Assembly: GCA_965209035.1 (NCBI GenBank)
Contig: OZ242372.1
Span: 448,001 to 512,000 of the forward strand
Reading direction: 5' to 3'
DNA: 64,000 nt
Origin: Gammaproteobacteria bacterium
GTDB lineage: Bacteria > Pseudomonadota > Gammaproteobacteria > CBDBNL01 > JAAOII01
The first letter of the stretch is position 1; every line of letters begins with the position of its first letter. The position numbers and the translations under genes were made by a program. The notes under the pieces were generated by a model. It did not search any database and had not been told where the DNA came from. It worked only from the letters and a program-made list of their open reading frames with translations. Below, one piece after another: positions 18,709 through 32,096 of this stretch.

Positions 18709-18711
18709 AAG

Positions 18712-19461
18712 ATGAAGAAGGAGGTGCCGAGTTCGGTCAAACATCTCAATGGAAATAATATCCTGCTTACCGGAGCAAACGGAGTTCTGGGAGAAAAACT
18801 GGCCGAGCAGTTTGCAACCGAAGGCGCCAATTTGATCTTGCCGGGGCGCAATTTGCCGGCATTAAACCAAGTAGCGGAACAGATTCATGCAAAATACTCG
18901 GTCAACTGCATCACCTATCAACTGGATCTTCGTTTGGAAAGTGAGCTTGTTTATAGAAAATTGACGCTCTATCTGGAAAAAAATTTGAGTTGGGTGGATA
19001 TGGTTGTTCTAAATGCCGCTTACAAAGGATCTGAGAGCAGTCTTCTAAATTATCCGAACCGTATGTGGAAAGATGTGATGCAAGTTAATCTGGATGCCAA
19101 TATGATGCTTATTAAATCCCTGTTGCCTCTGCTAATGAAAGCAAGGCGACCTTTATTGGCGTTTACTCTGGATGAAGAAAATAACTATCAAAAAAACAAC
19201 CCGGGTGCTTATGTGGTTTCCAAGGGCGGATTAAGAACTCTGATGAAAATGATTGCACATGAATTTTCCGATAGTCATCTGGTGGTGCTGGGGGTTGAAC
19301 CCGTGTCCGCACAAACAATCTCAGAAAAAGAAGCGAGAAAGAATGACGCTGATAATGGAAAAACAGGTGCCCGGTCGGCACAAGACATTGCCCGTTTGTA
19401 TGCTTTAACTCTTCTAAACAGCGGAAGCAGCCATAGGGGAAAAGTGATCCGTTTGGAATAA
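18712..19461 (+). CDS. Short-chain dehydrogenase/reductase (YciK-like)
   Basis: TGANGVLG, LNAA and YVVSK motifs. Confidence 0.8.
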   Translation: MKKEVPSSVKHLNGNNILLTGANGVLGEKLAEQFATEGANLILPGRNLPALNQVAEQIHAKYSVNCITYQLDLRLESELVYRKLTLYLEKNLSWVDMVVLNAAYKGSESSLLNYPNRMWKDVMQVNLDANMMLIKSLLPLLMKARRPLLAFTLDEENNYQKNNPGAYVVSKGGLRTLMKMIAHEFSDSHLVVLGVEPVSAQTISEKEARKNDADNGKTGARSAQDIARLYALTLLNSGSSHRGKVIRLE

Positions 19462-19767
19462 ACGGACCGAAACCTCTTAATTTAATCAAAGTGGTGTTTT
19501 TTATCATAAATGTGACGGATTATGTTTGGAAAGAATTATAATAACACTATGTAAAAAAGGTGTTATCACGAGTTATTATTTTTGACGAACCAAAACACCA
19601 AGAACTTAAATTGTTAAGTAAAGATTTTTTTTCATAATCAGACCACAGTCCATTTATATGGCGCGGTTAAGAAGCAAAAAGAAAGACACTCTTTACCGGA
19701 AAATACTTCGTTCGTCAAGATAACATCTAAGTAATATATTAATAAAAAATAAATAAAAAATAAAAAA

Positions 19768-21558
19768 GTGGTAAAAAAGATATTAATCAATGCAATATTC
19801 CCGGAAGAAATCAGATCCGCAATTGTGGAAAACGGGGAACTTACCGATTTTGATTTGGAATCAGGTGAGCATTTTAGAACAAAATCAAACATTTATAAGG
19901 GCATTATCACCAGGGTAGAACCGGGACTTGAAGCCGTATTTGTAAATTACGGCGAAACACGCAACGGTTTTCTGCCTATCCGAGAAATTATCCCTCAATA
20001 CTTTAATCCCGGTGAGAAAAGCCGCGGCATTAAGGATATGATACAAGTCGGACAAGAAATAGTTGTTCAGGTGGACAAAGAAGCACGCAAAGACAAGGGG
20101 GCCGCTTTGACGACCCGCCTCTCTATTACGGGCGCGTTTATCATCCTAATACGCGGGATCACTCCCTCTTTTAATATTTCTCGTCGCCTTGCCCCGGATG
20201 ACCGCAATAAAATCCAGGATTGGCTTCCGCGCTTACAAATACCGGAAGGATTTGGAGCCATCATTCGCACGGCGGCAGCCGAACGAGATTTTAAAGATCT
20301 GGAATGGGATCTGAAGTATCTCAACGAAGTTTGGAACTCTATGCAGAAAACAGTGCAAGACCATCGGGCACCGCAACTTCTTTTGAAGGAAAGCGATGTC
20401 GTCAGTCGGACGCTGCGCGATTATCTCAATGATGATGTGGAGGAAATTATTACGGATACGCGGGATGCTTACCAGCATACGGAAATACTGCTCTCCAAGA
20501 TCTTTCCCGCCGCCAAAAGCAAACTTAAGTCGTATGACGAAAGCATCCCTTTGTTTACGCGCTATGGCATAGAAAGCCGGGTGCAAAGCGCGTTTCAACA
20601 TGTCATCAATCTCCCGTCCGGAGGCGAACTGGTATTTGACCGCACCGAAGCGATGTTTATTATAGATGTCAATTCATCCAAATCCAATGCCGGCAAGAAT
20701 GTTGAGGATACCGCCCTAAAGACCAATCTGGAAGCAGTCTCGGAAATTAGTCGGCAAATGAAGTGGCGCGATATCGGCGGGTTAATGGTGATTGATTTCA
20801 TTGATATGATGAGAATGGAAAACCGTAAGAAAGTTGAAGATGCGTTTCAGGATGCGGTTCGTACCGACAATGCCAGAGTACGATTTAACAAGATATCTCG
20901 CTTTGGTATGATGGAATTATCGCGTCAGCGTTTACGTTCCTCGTTGGATGAGTTTTACTTGGAAAAGTGCCCAACTTGTCACGGAAAAGGAACCGTAGCA
21001 ACACAAAATTCAACGGTTCTAAAAATCTTGCGGATTTTGGAAGAATTGACAAATAATTCCAGCATTACGGCAATCAAACTGAATATTACAAAAGAAATTC
21101 ACGAAATCATCGCCGAGTTTCCCAATGATCGATTTGAGAATATTAAGAATAAGTTGGCAAACAAAATTGAGATTACGGAAGACGAGAAGGTTGTTTATCC
21201 CGGTTACAAAATCATTGCGACGGATCATCTGGGAAATGAAAATACTTTCGGTGAGGATCAAAGCAAGGAGTCGGTTTTTTATCACAAAGCAAAAACAAGG
21301 CGCGACCCTCTGATAGAAACCGGCAAGATCTTAAATAAATTACCCGGACGCCGGCCTTCCATATGGGAAAGGCTGAGAAAGTTTATCGGCGGTTTTTGGA
21401 AATTGCCCTCTCGGCAAAAGGCGAGATCGCATTCCGGGAGAAACAACCGCCACTATTCTCGCAGACGCCGTTCTGATAATAACAATCGTTATCGGCAGCG
21501 CCACAGAAATTCGCGAAGATATTCCAATTCGCGTAACCGGCAACATAAAACAATTTAA
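19768..21558 (+). CDS. rne: Ribonuclease E with a short C-terminal region
   Basis: NIYKG, KGAALTT, IDVNS, RDIGGL.VIDFIDM, Zn-link CPTC, an amphipathic helix and an Arg-rich tail. Confidence 0.9.
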   Translation: MVKKILINAIFPEEIRSAIVENGELTDFDLESGEHFRTKSNIYKGIITRVEPGLEAVFVNYGETRNGFLPIREIIPQYFNPGEKSRGIKDMIQVGQEIVVQVDKEARKDKGAALTTRLSITGAFIILIRGITPSFNISRRLAPDDRNKIQDWLPRLQIPEGFGAIIRTAAAERDFKDLEWDLKYLNEVWNSMQKTVQDHRAPQLLLKESDVVSRTLRDYLNDDVEEIITDTRDAYQHTEILLSKIFPAAKSKLKSYDESIPLFTRYGIESRVQSAFQHVINLPSGGELVFDRTEAMFIIDVNSSKSNAGKNVEDTALKTNLEAVSEISRQMKWRDIGGLMVIDFIDMMRMENRKKVEDAFQDAVRTDNARVRFNKISRFGMMELSRQRLRSSLDEFYLEKCPTCHGKGTVATQNSTVLKILRILEELTNNSSITAIKLNITKEIHEIIAEFPNDRFENIKNKLANKIEITEDEKVVYPGYKIIATDHLGNENTFGEDQSKESVFYHKAKTRRDPLIETGKILNKLPGRRPSIWERLRKFIGGFWKLPSRQKARSHSGRNNRHYSRRRRSDNNNRYRQRHRNSRRYSNSRNRQHKTI

Positions 21559-21611
21559 TCACTCATATTAAATGGAAATACAAATCAACAATATAAAACA
21601 CATACAAATAA

Positions 21612-21926
21612 ATGGAACATATTACAGACTCGCAGTTTGAACAGGACATCATAAAAAATTCGGGATTCGTCCTGATTGACTTTTATGCGGACTGGTGTCA
21701 GCCTTGTAAAGTCATCAGTCCTTTACTTGAAGAAATATCGGGAGAATATTCCGATAAAATCACATTCTATAAAATGGATATTGATAAGAATGCACAAACG
21801 CCACAGAAGTTTGGCGTGCGCGGCATTCCGACCATGATCATTTTTAGTAACGGCGAAGCCAAGGATAGCCTGGTCGGATCCGTTAGCAAAAAAAAACTCA
21901 AAGAGTTTGTAGAAAAAAATCTCTAA
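21612..21926 (+). CDS. trxA: Thioredoxin
   Basis: [11 protein letters not shown] and GVRGIPT; canonical position upstream of rho. Confidence 0.93.
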   Translation: MEHITDSQFEQDIIKNSGFVLIDFYADWCQPCKVISPLLEEISGEYSDKITFYKMDIDKNAQTPQKFGVRGIPTMIIFSNGEAKDSLVGSVSKKKLKEFVEKNL

Positions 21927-21945
21927 TCCACCCACCAAACCCAAA

Positions 21946-23232
21946 ATGCTTAACATAAAAGAACTGCGTACCAAACCGGTAGAAGAACTGCTTGAAATGG
22001 CGGAGGAAGAACTGCACGAACGTATCAAGCGCACCAGAAAGCAAGATATCATATTCGCTCTTCTTAAACATGCCGGAACAAACGGCGAAGAAATCATTTG
22101 CGAAGGCACCCTGGAAATCATTCAAAATTCCTACGGATTCTTACGCTCCTCGCAAAGTTCTTACTTGGCGGGGCCGGATGATATTTATTTGTCCCCGGGT
22201 CAAATCAAAAAGTTTAAACTTCGCACGGGAGATACGATTACCGGGCAGGTTGTTACTCCCAAGGCCGGAGAGCGATATCTTTCCATATCTCGTATTGACA
22301 CGGTAAATGGCGGCACCTTAAACGAAGCACAAAACAAGGTTTTATTTGAAAACTTAACCCCTATTTTCCCCGAAGAAAAATTAACCTTGGAACGGCCGGG
22401 GCCGGCCGCCAAAGGAAATCTGACCGCACGCGTCATAGACCTGGTCAGTCCTATTGGCAAGGGACAAAGAGGTCTCATTGTATCTCCTCCAAAAGCGGGG
22501 AAAACTGTGATTCTAAAAAATATTGCCCAAGCCATAGAAAAGAATAATCCGGAATGCCCTCTCATCGTTCTTTTGATCGACGAAAGACCGGAAGAAGTAA
22601 CCGACATGCAGCGCTCGGTAAACGGCGAGGTAGTCGCAAGTACTTTTGACGAACCGCCGACTCGCCATGTCCAAGTGAGTGAGATGATCATTAACAAAGC
22701 CAAGCGTTTAATTGAATATAAAAAAGATGTTGTCATCCTGCTGGATTCTATCACCAGATTGGCGCGCGCTTATAACACGGTTGCCCCGGCTTCCGGGAAA
22801 GTGTTGACAGGCGGCGTGGACTCCAACGCCCTGGAAAAGCCAAAACGATTCTTCGGTGCGGCGCGCAATGTGGAAGGAGGCGGAAGTTTGACAATCATTG
22901 CAACCGCCCTCGTGGATACGGGCTCCCGTATGGATGAGGTGATCTACGAAGAATTTAAAGGAACCGGCAACATGGAACTGCATCTGGATCGGTCAATTGC
23001 GGAAAAGCGCATCTTCCCCGCCATTAATATCCGGCGTTCCGGTACCAGACGCGACGATTTGTTAGTTGACAAAGAAGAGCAACAGGTCATGTGGGTCATT
23101 CGTAAAATCCTTTCTTCCATGGACGACGCCAAAGCCATAGAGTTTATTTTGGACAAGATAAAAGTTCACGAAACCAACAAAAGCTTTCTCAAAGGGATAA
23201 AACAAAACGGCAAGCCGAATACGCTCGCATAG
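21946..23232 (+). CDS. rho: Transcription termination factor Rho
   Basis: [33 protein letters not shown] and EFKGTGNME motifs. Confidence 0.97.
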   Translation: MLNIKELRTKPVEELLEMAEEELHERIKRTRKQDIIFALLKHAGTNGEEIICEGTLEIIQNSYGFLRSSQSSYLAGPDDIYLSPGQIKKFKLRTGDTITGQVVTPKAGERYLSISRIDTVNGGTLNEAQNKVLFENLTPIFPEEKLTLERPGPAAKGNLTARVIDLVSPIGKGQRGLIVSPPKAGKTVILKNIAQAIEKNNPECPLIVLLIDERPEEVTDMQRSVNGEVVASTFDEPPTRHVQVSEMIINKAKRLIEYKKDVVILLDSITRLARAYNTVAPASGKVLTGGVDSNALEKPKRFFGAARNVEGGGSLTIIATALVDTGSRMDEVIYEEFKGTGNMELHLDRSIAEKRIFPAINIRRSGTRRDDLLVDKEEQQVMWVIRKILSSMDDAKAIEFILDKIKVHETNKSFLKGIKQNGKPNTLA

Positions 23233-23308
23233 TGCCGAGCGCGATGCAAAGTCCGGAACCTTGCTACCGACTAATGCCGTAATCTCTGTCCGGAAAAAGC
23301 TAAAAAAC

Positions 23309-24493
23309 TCAACCCACAAACTTCGGCAGAGATGCGGTTATTAAAGTTGCCGCCTTACCGCTTTCGTTTTTACCTCCTTCTTTTAGGACTGTTCTTAATC
23401 CGGGGAGAACCTCTTCCAAAGGGATCCGATGTTGTTTTATCAATTGTTCGTAGCGATTATTTGCCAGAGCCCACATCTTGTTTCGCAGACAAAGTTCCGC
23501 GAGTGCGGATAACATTGCATGTCCCGTCTGTTGTCGCGGATGCTGTTCGGACAGGGTTTCCAAAAAATGTAATTGCTTGATCCCGCGAGAAGATCGTATT
23601 TGGCCGTAAAGGCATACTAGCGCATCACTCACCTTTTTCTCCAACGCATCCCGCACCAGTTCTTCCGCCAAATCATCGTCGCCGATGCGAAGCAATTGAC
23701 GAACATAAACGGTAAAAAGTGTTTGCTTGAATGTCGGTTCCAATTTCTGCCAGCCGAAATGCAGTTGTTTGGAATTCTCGCAACCTTCAAAGTAGAACCG
23801 ATAATACCGCAGCCGCAGATCCGCGGATAAGAAATTCTTGCCGTCCGCCAGAACCTTACCCAACGGCTCCCACCTTTTTCCGCCAACACAAACTTCGCAA
23901 AACAACTTGTAAATATAACGGTTCCGCTTGCCGCGCCCGAGACATTTTTTTAGGGCGGGAAATGCCCGGGCATAGTCCCCTCTTGCCGCACTCACTCGTG
24001 CCGACATCATATCCAATAAAATTTTTTCTTGTGCGGGAACAAACCTAGTTCCGACCTCTTTAATTTCATTGATCCGCATCGCCGCTTCGTCATAGTTTGC
24101 GGACATTAAAGCAGCCTCATATGCAACAATCAGTTCGGGCAATTTCTTTTTGGTATTTCCAAAAAGAGTATCCGAAGTTTTGAAGGCTGCCAAATCTCCG
24201 CTCGCCAGTCGTAAAAGATTCTCTGAATGTTTACTTTCCGTCCGATGTTTCTTTCGCACCCGCCACCATCTGTCCAGGCGATGGGGTAACCCCAAAAAAT
24301 TAAAGACCAGACGATAAAGCAAGACAATAATCGCAACAAGAAAAGAGAAAATTAACAACCCGGCCCAAACGGAACTCTCCCAGGCCCAGCCGCCGAAAGT
24401 AATTAAAATGTAACCCTTGTCTATTAGAATTAACTGCCCGAATAAAACACCGCCCAGCAGCACGAACAAAGAGGCAAAGACAAATCTTGGCAT
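23309..24493 (-). CDS. hemY: HemY-like membrane TPR protein
   Basis: D.GYILI...W..E.S HemY N-terminal motif; last gene of hemCDXY. Confidence 0.75.
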   Translation of the reverse strand: MPRFVFASLFVLLGGVLFGQLILIDKGYILITFGGWAWESSVWAGLLIFSFLVAIIVLLYRLVFNFLGLPHRLDRWWRVRKKHRTESKHSENLLRLASGDLAAFKTSDTLFGNTKKKLPELIVAYEAALMSANYDEAAMRINEIKEVGTRFVPAQEKILLDMMSARVSAARGDYARAFPALKKCLGRGKRNRYIYKLFCEVCVGGKRWEPLGKVLADGKNFLSADLRLRYYRFYFEGCENSKQLHFGWQKLEPTFKQTLFTVYVRQLLRIGDDDLAEELVRDALEKKVSDALVCLYGQIRSSRGIKQLHFLETLSEQHPRQQTGHAMLSALAELCLRNKMWALANNRYEQLIKQHRIPLEEVLPGLRTVLKEGGKNESGKAATLITASLPKFVG

Positions 24494-25563
24494 CAGCGGT
24501 ATCGGGGCAAAATCCGCACAATATTTAATTCGGGCAGTTCGGGGAAATCAACAGACATCAAGTTTTGGACTTCGCTTTCCAATTGCAATCTTGCCGAACT
24601 TGGCGGATAATAGCGTCTCAATTTAAGCAGGTATTGGTTCAAAGATTCCCGGTAAGGTTCGGGTTCGCCGGCAAGTAATGCGTGCTCGGCAAGAATTAAC
24701 TCAGTTTCAAGCAGCAGTTTAACTAACTTCCGGGAACTTTTTTCCGATGTAAAGGCAAGTTCTTCCTTTTCATTTTTATCATATCGGTAAATGCGAATAT
24801 ATTGGTCAAACAACGCAACCCATTGCCGATACCACCCGCTATTATTTTCGTCGACAGTATTATTGTAGCGACTGTCTGTTCCCGGCACAAAAAGTTCGGC
24901 GGGCACGTTGGCGAGCGCACGCAGTCTGTAAAAAATTCTATTCGCATCTCCTTTTTCAACCAACGCGTCATAAGTCGTCAAATCATGCTCCAAGGCGTCC
25001 GCAAGGGCGGGATACCCGTATCCGTTGTCCGGAATTGCGTCGGCACGCAGAAGAAGATCGCGCACGGACCGCGGAGAACGGCCAATCAACCTTTCGCGTT
25101 CGGCCTGATAGACAAAAGTTTCCAATCTAAGAAGAGAATTATCATCGGTTCCCGGCTTGTTGAGCGCGGCTTCAAACTGCTTAAATCGTCCCTCATTTTT
25201 TCTTTCCGACTCCAACAGTCTCTTTTCAAATAATTTTATTTCGGCATTCAACAGAGCCTGTTCGGTTTGCATCTCCCTTCGGGTATCATCCAGAGTATTT
25301 TCCAGAGTATCTTCCAGAGAGTCTCTTAAACTTTCCAAAGAAGCCAATCGCTCGGTAACAAACCGGTATTCCCGATATCCCCAAAAACTCGCAACCCCTA
25401 CAAAAGCAATCAAAACGAGAAGGACGATTAGGGTAATGACAAAACGCCGAAATCCGGGCGGATTTTTATCCGGTTGCACAGACGAAGGGTTCTTTGCCAC
25501 AGGATTCTTGTCGACTCGGACCGGTTTGACAGCGGCTGCCGGCTTCTCTTTTTTCTTAATCAT
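24493..25563 (-). CDS. hemX: HemX-like protein
   Basis: Single TM plus coiled coil; C-terminal A..ALL......Y..SL pattern; position between hemD and hemY. Confidence 0.7.
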   Translation of the reverse strand: MIKKKEKPAAAVKPVRVDKNPVAKNPSSVQPDKNPPGFRRFVITLIVLLVLIAFVGVASFWGYREYRFVTERLASLESLRDSLEDTLENTLDDTRREMQTEQALLNAEIKLFEKRLLESERKNEGRFKQFEAALNKPGTDDNSLLRLETFVYQAERERLIGRSPRSVRDLLLRADAIPDNGYGYPALADALEHDLTTYDALVEKGDANRIFYRLRALANVPAELFVPGTDSRYNNTVDENNSGWYRQWVALFDQYIRIYRYDKNEKEELAFTSEKSSRKLVKLLLETELILAEHALLAGEPEPYRESLNQYLLKLRRYYPPSSARLQLESEVQNLMSVDFPELPELNIVRILPRYR

Positions 25564-26308
25564 TTGTTTTTCTTTCGGTAAGTTCGTTCACATAGTTTAT
25601 AAAGGTATCGTCATAGGCATCTCCGACCATAACAATTTTACCAAATTTTACTTCCTCTTCTTGCGCCAAACGCTCCAATCGGCTACTCGGAATCACCAAA
25701 GTGGCATTGTGCAGCCACGGGTAATTCTGTTTCAACAGAGCACACAAAATATGCCCGCTGGTTACCCAAACCAAAGAAAATTCTTCTTCGTTTTTTTCGT
25801 CTTTTTTATTGTATTCGCGTCGGCGAATTTTATACAACACCGCTATGTCCGTCCGAACTCCCGCCCTCTCAAGTGTTTCTTGCAACAGCGGTCTCCCCCC
25901 TTGCCCGCACAACAGAAGAGCACTTGTTCCCTTCCGACACAAACTCTTAAATTGTTTCAGTTTAAGAATCGCCTCGCTGCCCGTTCCTTCCGGGGGAAAC
26001 AACGCGGAAACCCCTCGCTCTTTTAGATAAGCAGCCGTTGTCCTTCCCGGCACAAAAAACGGCGGCAAACCGCCCGGTATCTTTGTTCCCGTAAGGCCCG
26101 ACAGACAAAAAAAATAATGCGCGGCATGACGACTCACACAAACAACAAAATCATAGTCGGTAAGATTTAACTTCAAAGAAACTTCGCAAGGCACAAATTG
26201 GATTAAAGGACGATGGACCGCATCGTGGCCTGCCGCACACAATCTCCCGGTCAATTTTTTACCGGGGCTGCCCGGTCGATCATCCGTTGCCGTGATTAAA
26301 ATACGCAT
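25556..26308 (-). CDS. hemD: Uroporphyrinogen-III synthase
   Basis: RILIT, PLI, VS..A, G..TA..L, SE..L, G.GGR..L...L..G and TS motifs. Confidence 0.85.
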   Translation of the reverse strand: MRILITATDDRPGSPGKKLTGRLCAAGHDAVHRPLIQFVPCEVSLKLNLTDYDFVVCVSRHAAHYFFCLSGLTGTKIPGGLPPFFVPGRTTAAYLKERGVSALFPPEGTGSEAILKLKQFKSLCRKGTSALLLCGQGGRPLLQETLERAGVRTDIAVLYKIRRREYNKKDEKNEEEFSLVWVTSGHILCALLKQNYPWLHNATLVIPSSRLERLAQEEEVKFGKIVMVGDAYDDTFINYVNELTERKTND

Positions 26309-26310
26309 CG

Positions 26311-27333
26311 CTATTCCGCCAGAAGTTCGCCGGCACCCCGGGCAAACAGATCTCTTGCGGATTCTTTGGCAAGGATATCCGTCTTTTTTGTTATCTCGGT
26401 CAATGCTTCCGTTCGCTCACCTGACCCGGCAAGAAGCAAGGTGCGTTCGGCGGGAGATAACTCGCAGAACTGTTCACTTTTAAGCATCTTACCGCTTTTG
26501 GCACCGCCAGTCATGGTGCGTAAACGCATGCCTTCCGCAATCAGTTCCGCATAGGCCGCCAAGGGACTATAACAATCCGCACCCATTAAACGACAAAAGA
26601 GCCGTTCGAGGCGAACACAAATTGCACTGGCAAGATGATTTAACTGCCCGACAAAATTGATGGTCTTCTCGTCCCCTTTGCGGCATTCTATGGCGTATGC
26701 CCCCTGTCCCGGTGCGGGCAAGATTTCTTCGGTTGAAAATCTGTGGCAAATATGTTGCTCATATCCCAGACGGCTCAGACCCGCCACCGCAAGCACCAAC
26801 GCATTTGGAGCATCCTGAACTCTTTTACTCAAAGCCGCAAGGCGCGTTTCTATGTTGCCGCGCAAATCTGTCACACGCAAATCCGGTCGCATCGCCAACA
26901 GATGCACACGCCGTCTTAAACTGGTTGTTCCGATCCTGCTACCCGCGGGCAGGTCCGACCAAGGGGCAGTTCCAACCAGAGCATCCAAAACCTCTCCCCG
27001 TTCGCAGATCGCGGCCAGACACAGTTCCGGGCGTGTGACCACAGGCAGATCTTTTGCGGAATGCACGGCAATATCCGCCTCCCCGGACAGAAGTTTCTCT
27101 TGACAAGTTCTTACAAAAGAATCCTTGTGTCGATAATCCGCGCTTTTCACCTTGAGAAACACAATCTCCCGATATTTTCCCGTCCCGGCAGCCGCCTCGG
27201 CAGCTATCCCGGAAGAAACGGCCATCAATTTTTCCCGCACCCAACTTGCCTGATAAACAGCCAAAGGACTTGCTCTTGTTGCAATTACCAAACGCGACAT
27301 CCCGATTTTTGTATGCGATTGTTCATATTCCAT
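26311..27333 (-). CDS. hemC: Porphobilinogen deaminase
   Basis: IATRASPLA, DIAVHSAKDLP, GTTSLRR, LRGNIETRL, PAPGQGA and the cofactor Cys in GADCYSP. The start may be at 27300. Confidence 0.92.
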   Translation of the reverse strand: MEYEQSHTKIGMSRLVIATRASPLAVYQASWVREKLMAVSSGIAAEAAAGTGKYREIVFLKVKSADYRHKDSFVRTCQEKLLSGEADIAVHSAKDLPVVTRPELCLAAICERGEVLDALVGTAPWSDLPAGSRIGTTSLRRRVHLLAMRPDLRVTDLRGNIETRLAALSKRVQDAPNALVLAVAGLSRLGYEQHICHRFSTEEILPAPGQGAYAIECRKGDEKTINFVGQLNHLASAICVRLERLFCRLMGADCYSPLAAYAELIAEGMRLRTMTGGAKSGKMLKSEQFCELSPAERTLLLAGSGERTEALTEITKKTDILAKESARDLFARGAGELLAE

Positions 27334-29659
<2,326 letters not shown>

Positions 29660-29663
<4 letters not shown>

Positions 29664-31972
29664 CGGGTTTTCAACAAACGGATATATGCCTTGTAGAACT
29701 TCCGCAGGAGTTCCGCCTCTTTTTGGTTGATTTTCTTTCTTCGCAAGAGGCTATCATACCACTCTAACTCATCACAAACTTCGGCAAATCGTTCTTGTCC
29801 GTGTGCGTCATAGATATCCCGCACAGCCCAAGCAAGTTTACAAACATCCTCCGCAAGTTGTGTGCCGAGACCGTCTTTCGCCGATATCTCAAATCGGGAA
29901 AGCATTTCCGCGCGCTGTGCGGTAGGCGCAATCATTGCTTCGGTAAACCTGTCCTCTTTTTTCTTTTCTTTAATGGTGTTCCCGCCGACACTCCCCAAGG
30001 GCATTAAAAACCATTTAAACAAAAGGGCTACAACCGGATGCATCCCCAACGAATCCGCCCAACGAGAAATGTGAGAATAACCCAAAGAATCTTCGCAAGA
30101 ATATTTGCAAGAATATTCGGCAGAGTGTTTCACCCCGCCCGCCGACAACAGAGCATGCTCCGCGGCCAACCATCTGTAAGTTTGCAAGTAAGCGGGAGAA
30201 AGAGCCATTTTTCCGTTCCAAAAACCCCTTAGTATCTCCGTTTGCAGGAGAACGGAAAACAAACAAGTCAGGTGGGAGAGTCGCCGATCGGTGTGACTGC
30301 CATTCCGTGCCGATATCCAACCGAAACTCAATCCCAAACCAAAACCGCGGATTAGATTCCGCCCCCAACCGCAAAGAAAGTGAAGCAAAGCCATGTCCGC
30401 CGCCGCGTGATGTTCATCCCCCTCTGTGGCTCTTTTGAGAAGGCGCAGTAAGCCAAGTGACTTCTCGGGCAGGTCCTCGGCGGTCTGCGGAAACCAATCT
30501 TCCGGTTTGCCGATCACCTCATCATCGGATGCAAATCGTTGCGATGCCGGCGGAACGGAAAGATGTCCCAATAATCTTTTCTTCAATTTTTCCAAACAAA
30601 GAATATCCTCGTCACCGGATACAAAAGATGATGTCTCTTCACTTGCGTGCCGATGCGTAAACTGCGCCAAGGCCTCGGTCTTTTGAGAAAAAAATCCAAT
30701 ACTCGCAAGAGCATCCAAAGGCTGCGACAAGGTCGGCCGCAGCAATCTGTTCGCCGCAACCAGGCTGCCGCCGAAGCGTATTAACCGCAAGGATTCCGCA
30801 AAAGCAAGTGCCTCCAAAAACTGCTGTGTTTTATCAAAAACATAATATCGCATATCCCGTGCCGAAAGAGAAATTACATTTTTCATTGGCACAAAAAAAG
30901 GAGCGGGCTCTCGCCCCGGCACCGCCGGAGAAACATCCGCCCGGGAAATTAGGTTTTGACGGCGCAAAAGACTCGCTGGGACGAGAACACAAATATCCGT
31001 CGTATCCGCATCCCCCAAGCGATGTTTGGGATCCTGTGCTTTCAAACACAACCCGCAAACATTCGCCGCAAGAGGGATGCCTTTTACGGGGCTTCCCGGA
31101 TAAATGAAAACCCCGTGTGTCTTACCGGTTTCGGATTCGGTTTGATTTTGAGCGATAACCGCCGCCAACGCGGTCAGTCTGTTGGGCGGAACCAGATGCA
31201 TGATCGCAGACTGACTCGCCGCACCCGTCAAGTATTGTTTTTTTTGATTGGCCGAGCCGCGTGCCGCCAAAAGGGAACGCAGACCGTTATTGCACGCGAA
31301 TACAATCTTTGCCAACTCAGGATCCCAACATGCCAATCTCGCATAAAAATGAAAAAAGTCATAAGACGGCCGGTTGTCTGCCGGATATGCAAGGCCTTCC
31401 GTCGCTATCCATTTTTGCAGTGCCTCTGTTTTATTTTCGCGGGTATCCGGTTTATCCCAAACAGAAAACAAGCGAGCGCAAGTATCCGCCAAAGCATCCC
31501 CGTGTTCCGCGGAAGTTTCGGAAACTGTAAAAGTCGGGGCAATCTCTTTGTCTGACACAAACTGCCCGTCAAATCTTCCCGCGGCAAGATATTCCAAGAA
31601 AGAGGTCTTCAATCCGGGCTTAGCCTTTTCTCGCCCCGATTCCGGCAACTCCTTATCCAACTCGCCAAAGTGATCAAACCATTCCGCCGAGGGCAATGCC
31701 TTCAATTCAACCGACCGATCGAGACGCCGAACAACCGGTAACAAAAAGACCATCTTTCTGATATTCGGATAAAGGAGCACAAAAAAACAGACCGAAAACA
31801 AAATCGCCATAAAAAGCACCCACTGCCAAGATGCCCCGGCCGCGCCCAAGGATGACAAAAAGACCATCGCGATGCCGAAGTAAAAAAAGACCGGTGTATT
31901 CAATTGCATCCTCTCAAAAAGGACAGATATCCCGAACAGGAATACCAAAAAGAAGAAAATAAAACTCAGCAT
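29660..31972 (-). CDS. Highly divergent FadE-like (acyl-CoA dehydrogenase fold) membrane protein
   Basis: N-terminal TMs. Residual FadE-like segments LL...[22 protein letters not shown]...LG, FVPM..VI and C-terminal I...EAELLR. FAD and catalytic motifs are not recognisable. Confidence 0.62.
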
Positions 31973-32096
31973 TAATTCAATTCAATTCATCCCAAATTGA
32001 ATAGCATTGCTTCCAAGCTCCCGCCGGCTATTTTTCCGGTAAACAAACCCAAAGGCATTTAATTAACGAATAACAAACAACGACAATAATCACAAA

